The notes under the pieces: model-generated
Database searches by the model: none
Seen by the model: only the letters and a program-made list of their open reading frames with translations
What the model was told of the DNA's origin: nothing
In this document: piece by piece, positions 38,073 to 42,629 of the stretch
Layout: each line of letters starts with the position of its first letter
How positions within the stretch are numbered: position 1 is the first letter of the stretch
Assembly (NCBI GenBank): GCA_051941275.1
Contig: JAVEBF010000035.1
Location: forward strand, 1-42,629
DNA length: 42,629 nucleotides
Reading direction: 5' to 3'
Source of the DNA: Dirinaria sp. TL-2023a
Lineage: Eukaryota
Position numbers and translations under genes: made by a program

Positions 38073-40452
38073 ATGGCCAATATTGATATTCCAGCTGAGG
38101 GTCTGACGTTTCAGGGATCTCCGGCGCCGCTTATCCACGGCGATGGCCTCCCAAAAACGGCCTCAACAGTCAAGCAAGCCATGAGGTTGGACCTGGACGA
38201 GGGGGTCCTCCAGGGTATCTTGCGAACTGCCCGCAGCGGCGGCAAGGGTGTTCATGTCTCTTTTGGCAAATCAATAGTAAATTGATTCACTGCAGGTCCC
38301 ATTGTTCGAGAGACCCGGAATGACCGTGACAATAGACACTTCACTACGGAAATCGGTCTAAGCAATTAGCTGCTACTACCCAGCACGCACGCACGGAACT
38401 ATACAGCTACTCCTTCGAAACCGTCAGTCAACTCAAATTTACTGCAGTGCAAAGCCATCGACTAGCTATGAAGAAAGCTGAGGGAGATATGCTGGGTGCA
38501 GATGCCGCCCTAACAAAGCTTCAAGCAAGCTTAGCTTCACATGAAAGGGAAAAGCAGTCTAGACAGTGAGCACAGCTTCCGAATGAATGTCACCAGCGTC
38601 TACTCTCGGCTCACATGTCGCTAGGATACAGCTTGCTGACAGTGCTAATTTGCCTCCGGCGCTGTCGAAAAGTGAAGCAGCCCGACTGTCTAATAGCTCA
38701 GCCGCAAAGAAACTCCTCCAACGTTCACACCTCAAAATTGGTGCTACGCAATCCACGCCTGCCAACTCTTCATTCGAGACTACCGGCTCCCCTCGAGTCA
38801 CGTCCGGCCCCACATCTCCCCCTCCAGTTGAAGACAGCAAAGTTCGAAAATACAAAGCTATCCGAACACCTCTCATCCACTTCCTTGCTGTACGACCAGT
38901 TTCTGAGAAGTATTTGGCTCAGACCTTAGGTTGCGACGAAGCAGACTGCAGAGGCGTTCTCGAGAAGGTTGGCAAGGAATATCGTCTAGATAAATCGAAA
39001 TGGGACCTCAACGACAAATTCTACAAAGAATTAGATCCATACCAGTTCCCATACCCAAGTCAGGACGATAGGCAGCTTGCTATTGATCGCGCTGTTTCAG
39101 CTCATGACCGTCAGCGAATAGCACCCAGTGACCAGCTTTGGCAAAAATTATTGCCATTCCAGGAGCGAGGAAAGGGGAAATGCCTCTCGATGCTGGAATT
39201 AAAGAAGAAAGAAGCCGCCAGAGCCCAGAAGGCCATGACACCTAGGATCAACGTTCAAGCTACTGAAGATGCTTCCACGGGTCGCCTGACACCGTCGAAC
39301 GACAGTGACACCAGACTTGACAGGCTTGCGCCAAGCGATGCGGAACCAAAGATCCGATCTGGCTCAAGTCGTCCAGCAAACAAGAGCAAGCCGGGCGATA
39401 GGGAAGCGCAGACGAAGAAGTCTGTGTCGAAAAATCCAATCAAGCCTACCAAAGTCCAGAAATCGAAGGCCAAGCCTCTAGCAAAGGCCAAAGAACCAAA
39501 GACAGGTGCGAAAAAGGGAACGCAGACTAAGCCTCAGGCGATCTCTAGCGAATTTGTTCACGACTCTGATGAAGAAGAAGACGAAGATATGACCGATGCC
39601 TCAATGTTGCAAAAGCAAGACAATAGATCACGAGATACCCCTGTTTCCTTGCAAAACCCCCAGATACCAGCAACCGTGGAATCAATGTCGAAGGATTCGC
39701 TTGCAAAGACAAAACTCAACAAGGTCTTGGAGGGCCATCAAAAGAAACCCAGTACCCCTCACATCCAAACTGCTGACAAAAGGCCTCCGACATCGAGCTC
39801 CTTATGCCCAGATCTAACAAATAAGCACTCCGATAGTAGTCAAGCACCAGCAGCGAAACCGCAGACGCTTTCCCGTCAGCGCACCACAAGCTCTCCGCAT
39901 AAACCTTCACCGCTTGGGTCCTCACCGCCAGCGAATGCGTCAGACTTGGATAATGAGAGTCATATATTGTCGTCATCCTCTTCGACACCGCTCATCACCA
40001 AGCCCCGCAATCCTAGTAAGATCACTTCTCTGCAGGCATCCTTTGCAATGCCAAACGATTCGAAATCCATCGGGAACACATCCGAGCGATGCCTCAAGCG
40101 CAAAGCTAGCGACATAGACTCAGACATCCATGAACACAACGATTCAATACACATAATTGCTCCAACAAATGGCCTCTCTAACTGTGTCAAGCGTTCGAGA
40201 ACGTCTCCAACGTCGCCGCCAACATCCGACAGCGGAAGTAGTAGTAGTTCTAATGCAAGACGCAGGCAGACCATTGAGGATGCGCTACGGTTCAAGAGTT
40301 TCTACAAGAAGTACGAGCAGCTCTATCAGGAGGTTACTGGTTTGCCGAAGGATACACCCAACCCAAAGTTCGATGAATTAATGAAGATGCATAACAAGCT
40401 GAGTGGCATGAAGGCAGACATCGCCAAGGCTTCTACCCCCCGGAAAATCTGA
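38073..40452 (+). CDS. ELL-like RNA polymerase II elongation factor (~753 aa; exons 38073-38276, 38336-38565, 38625-40452; alternative in-frame ATG at 38046)
   Basis: Central winged-helix-like block (AIRTPLIHFLAVRP...KWDLNDKFYKELDPYQFPY) and C-terminal occludin/ELL-like helical hairpin (RFKSFYKKYEQLYQEV...LMKMHNKLSGMKADI). Introns 38277-38335 and 38566-38624 keep the frame. Confidence 0.75.
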
Positions 40453-41301
40453 AACCAGACCGAGGTGGCCAAGGATGTTTGGTTTGGATATTGCTTGGAT
40501 TCCGCGCAGCCTTTTTTCAAGGCATTACCTTACTTATCGCAAGGGAGCTTTTTAGCAATGCGATTACCTAAAACGTCCTGCTAGAATGAAAGCGAATAGT
40601 TCAGTAGGCAGTAAGGACGTACAAGCCACATGTCAGTTATTGAAGGTCAATTACTCCAAGGTACCGTGAGCCATTTCTTCCTATATCTTATAACTCAAAA
40701 AGTGAGGCGGAATACCTTATGGTCCAAAAATCCATTATCGGGGGTTGGAGGAGAAAAGTAGGGCTAAATTAAGGCTTTAGAGAAAACAGGTACCGTGGCG
40801 ATCCTGGGTACTTTAGATATCAGCTATGGAGGACGATGCCATAAGTCCTGGCTAGCCCGGTCAATGCCACCAGTGGGGTCAACTGGAAGTCGCCCACGGG
40901 ACCACCTATTGATTTCACGAACCCGCCAACTTGCTACCCGGGTAGGGTGGAGCTGTTCTCTGTAAAGGCTATCTGTAGTCACGCAGACGACTAGATAGCT
41001 TTGGCGTACAAGTTGTTAGCCAGGACTTAAGGTAAGGTTAGGTAAGGTAATCTTACTTTACTTCGTATTACATACATTATGACGCAGCTCTCTAAGGTAG
41101 TTGCATCATCAGCAATACCTTACCTACTATTACTTAATCTTGACAAGCAAAATCTAAATGACGTCAATACTATGTCTTGGCCGTAAGGGAGGTACCTCCT
41201 TACAGCTTTCCTGCCTTACCTTAGATACCTAAAATCTCAGCTTCGAATTATCAGAGTATCTCTGTCTGTGCATCCGTCGCAAAAACTCAGAAGGAATATT
41301 A

Positions 41302-42207
41302 ATGCAAATTGTTCCTCTTGTGGCCAACATCGTCTCCATTGGCACAATCCTGGTTGCAACGTACCTATCTTACCACATGGCGACCAAACCAAGTAACAGC
41401 AATCTCAATGGTAAGCTACAGCTGGTTTTGGCCCAAGTTCTCGACCGGCCTCGCCAATTCGACAAATCTCTCACACTGTTCGGCACGATTTAACGATATC
41501 TAACCTGAATGCGCCCATCCAGCTGTCATGTCTATCCAACCCAGCTAATGCTTTCGCTTAGTTTTTAAGAAGCCCCTCGCCCTCTTTTCTCAATCTCCCA
41601 TGACGGGCTTCTACCGAGATGGCTACTGTCGCACTGGACCTGAGGACGGTGGAAATCACGCCGTTGCTGGCCAGTGAGTTGTACCCCTCGAGCATCTTTG
41701 ACACCGTTTTGAGTGCATTAAGAGCCCTATTCTTTGTCTGAGAAGCATCTGCTCCGAAGAAAGATTCCTCTGCTGAAATTTTTGGTTCGAAAACGAAATA
41801 CTGAATCCGAAGATTTGTAGACTCACGCGGGAATTCTTAGATTTCTCTGCCTCCCGCGGCAATAATTTAAGATCGATCGGCCTAACAGAGGGCTGCAAAT
41901 GGTGCTTGTGTACTGCGAGGTGGAAAGAGGCTATGGATGCTGCAAAGAGCGATGACGACCCTATTGTGCCGAAGTGAGCACCTCCCTTCTCCTCCTTCTC
42001 TGATTGGTAACGACAAGTATGGGCTTATGCACTTCAAGGGTGTTTCTGCACGCGACGGACGAGTCGGCACTGCACAACGGCATCACATTAGGAGATCTAA
42101 AAAGGCACGCCGCTGAAGGCGAGGCGCAAAGCGGAGGTCGCTCTCTGGAGAATGCCACGCCTGTTACTCCTGGCACAAAGGGTGGGTTGGCGAAAGAGAC
42201 CCATTGA
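41302..42207 (+). CDS. DUF2237 family protein (~180 aa; exons 41302-41410, 41562-41673, 41821-41973, 42039-42207; alternative ATG at 41377)
   Basis: Splicing three GT-AG introns (41411-41561, 41674-41820, 41974-42038) gives NLNVFKKPLALFSQSPMTGFYRDGYCRTGPEDGGNHAVAGQLTREFLDFSASRGNNLRSIGLTEGCKWCLCTARWKEA...VPKVFLHATDESAL, which matches the DUF2237 motifs (PMTGFYRDG, EFLxFSxxRGN, WCLCxxRW). Confidence 0.9.
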
Positions 42208-42502
42208 AGCCTCAAATCAATGTTAAATAAGTCATAATGGCAAGAAAGGAAAGCCATGGCGAAATGAGCGGAATACGGCCCCGATAAGACGGGAGGAGCC
42301 ACCAGTAGAAGTGCTTCCATCTTCGATAGGAGACTCTCAGTGGTAGACACTGGCCTATGGGGCAGGAATGCCAACCTAAGGGGCAGAAATGCAAGGAGAG
42401 AAAGAAGTTGGATTTCTGTCGTCAACTATCTGCTGTTTAACCACACTGCCCATCCTCTGAATAAGAAGCGAGAAAACTCTGTCACTAGACATGTGAAAAT
42501 TG

Positions 42503-42577
42503 TCTCGATGATTTTGTCAAAAAACGAGATTTTCAGTCATAAAAACTGAAATCTCGTTCTCTGACAATCTGTCGAGA
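42503..42577. repeat. Imperfect ~75-bp inverted repeat (hairpin) in the AT-rich window end
   Basis: TCTCGA..TTGTCA..AACGAGATTTTCAGT [CATAAAA] ACTGAAATCTCGTT..TGACAA..TCGAGA. Confidence 0.75.
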
Positions 42578-42629
42578 GCGAAAAAACACGTTTTCGTCTC
42601 AAAAATTATTACTCACTCGTTTTTAATAC

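Overview
Gene-dense region of a filamentous ascomycete (Pezizomycotina) genome, inferred from short GT-AG introns with CTRAC/CTRAT branch points and fungal-type proteins. I reconstructed 15 protein-coding genes by hand, splicing 34 coding introns. In order: PEX2 (-), importin-11/KAP120 (+), a short coiled-coil SCOC-like protein (+), a DUF5102/Laa2-like protein with three internal repeats (-), nucleoporin NSP1 (+), ATPase inhibitor INH1 (-), 14-3-3 (+), three clustered Myb/SANT genes (-,+,+), an intronless highly basic H1-tail-like orphan (+), ABC half-transporter HMT1 (-), RTC1/SEA2 (+), an ELL-like elongation factor (+), and a four-exon DUF2237 gene (+) that the ORF track shows only as fragments. 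The best candidate for an under-described system is the Myb triad: all three genes have a phase-0 intron at the same position in a Myb repeat, have long flanking non-coding regions, and sit next to the basic orphan. A recurrent intergenic TACCT/AGGTA motif, including three exact copies of TACCTTAAGGTAC, and a high share of AAG 3' splice sites (8 of 34) are also notable. No rRNA, tRNA, CRISPR array or intact transposon was seen. Family assignments come from recognising motifs by eye, not from database searches.
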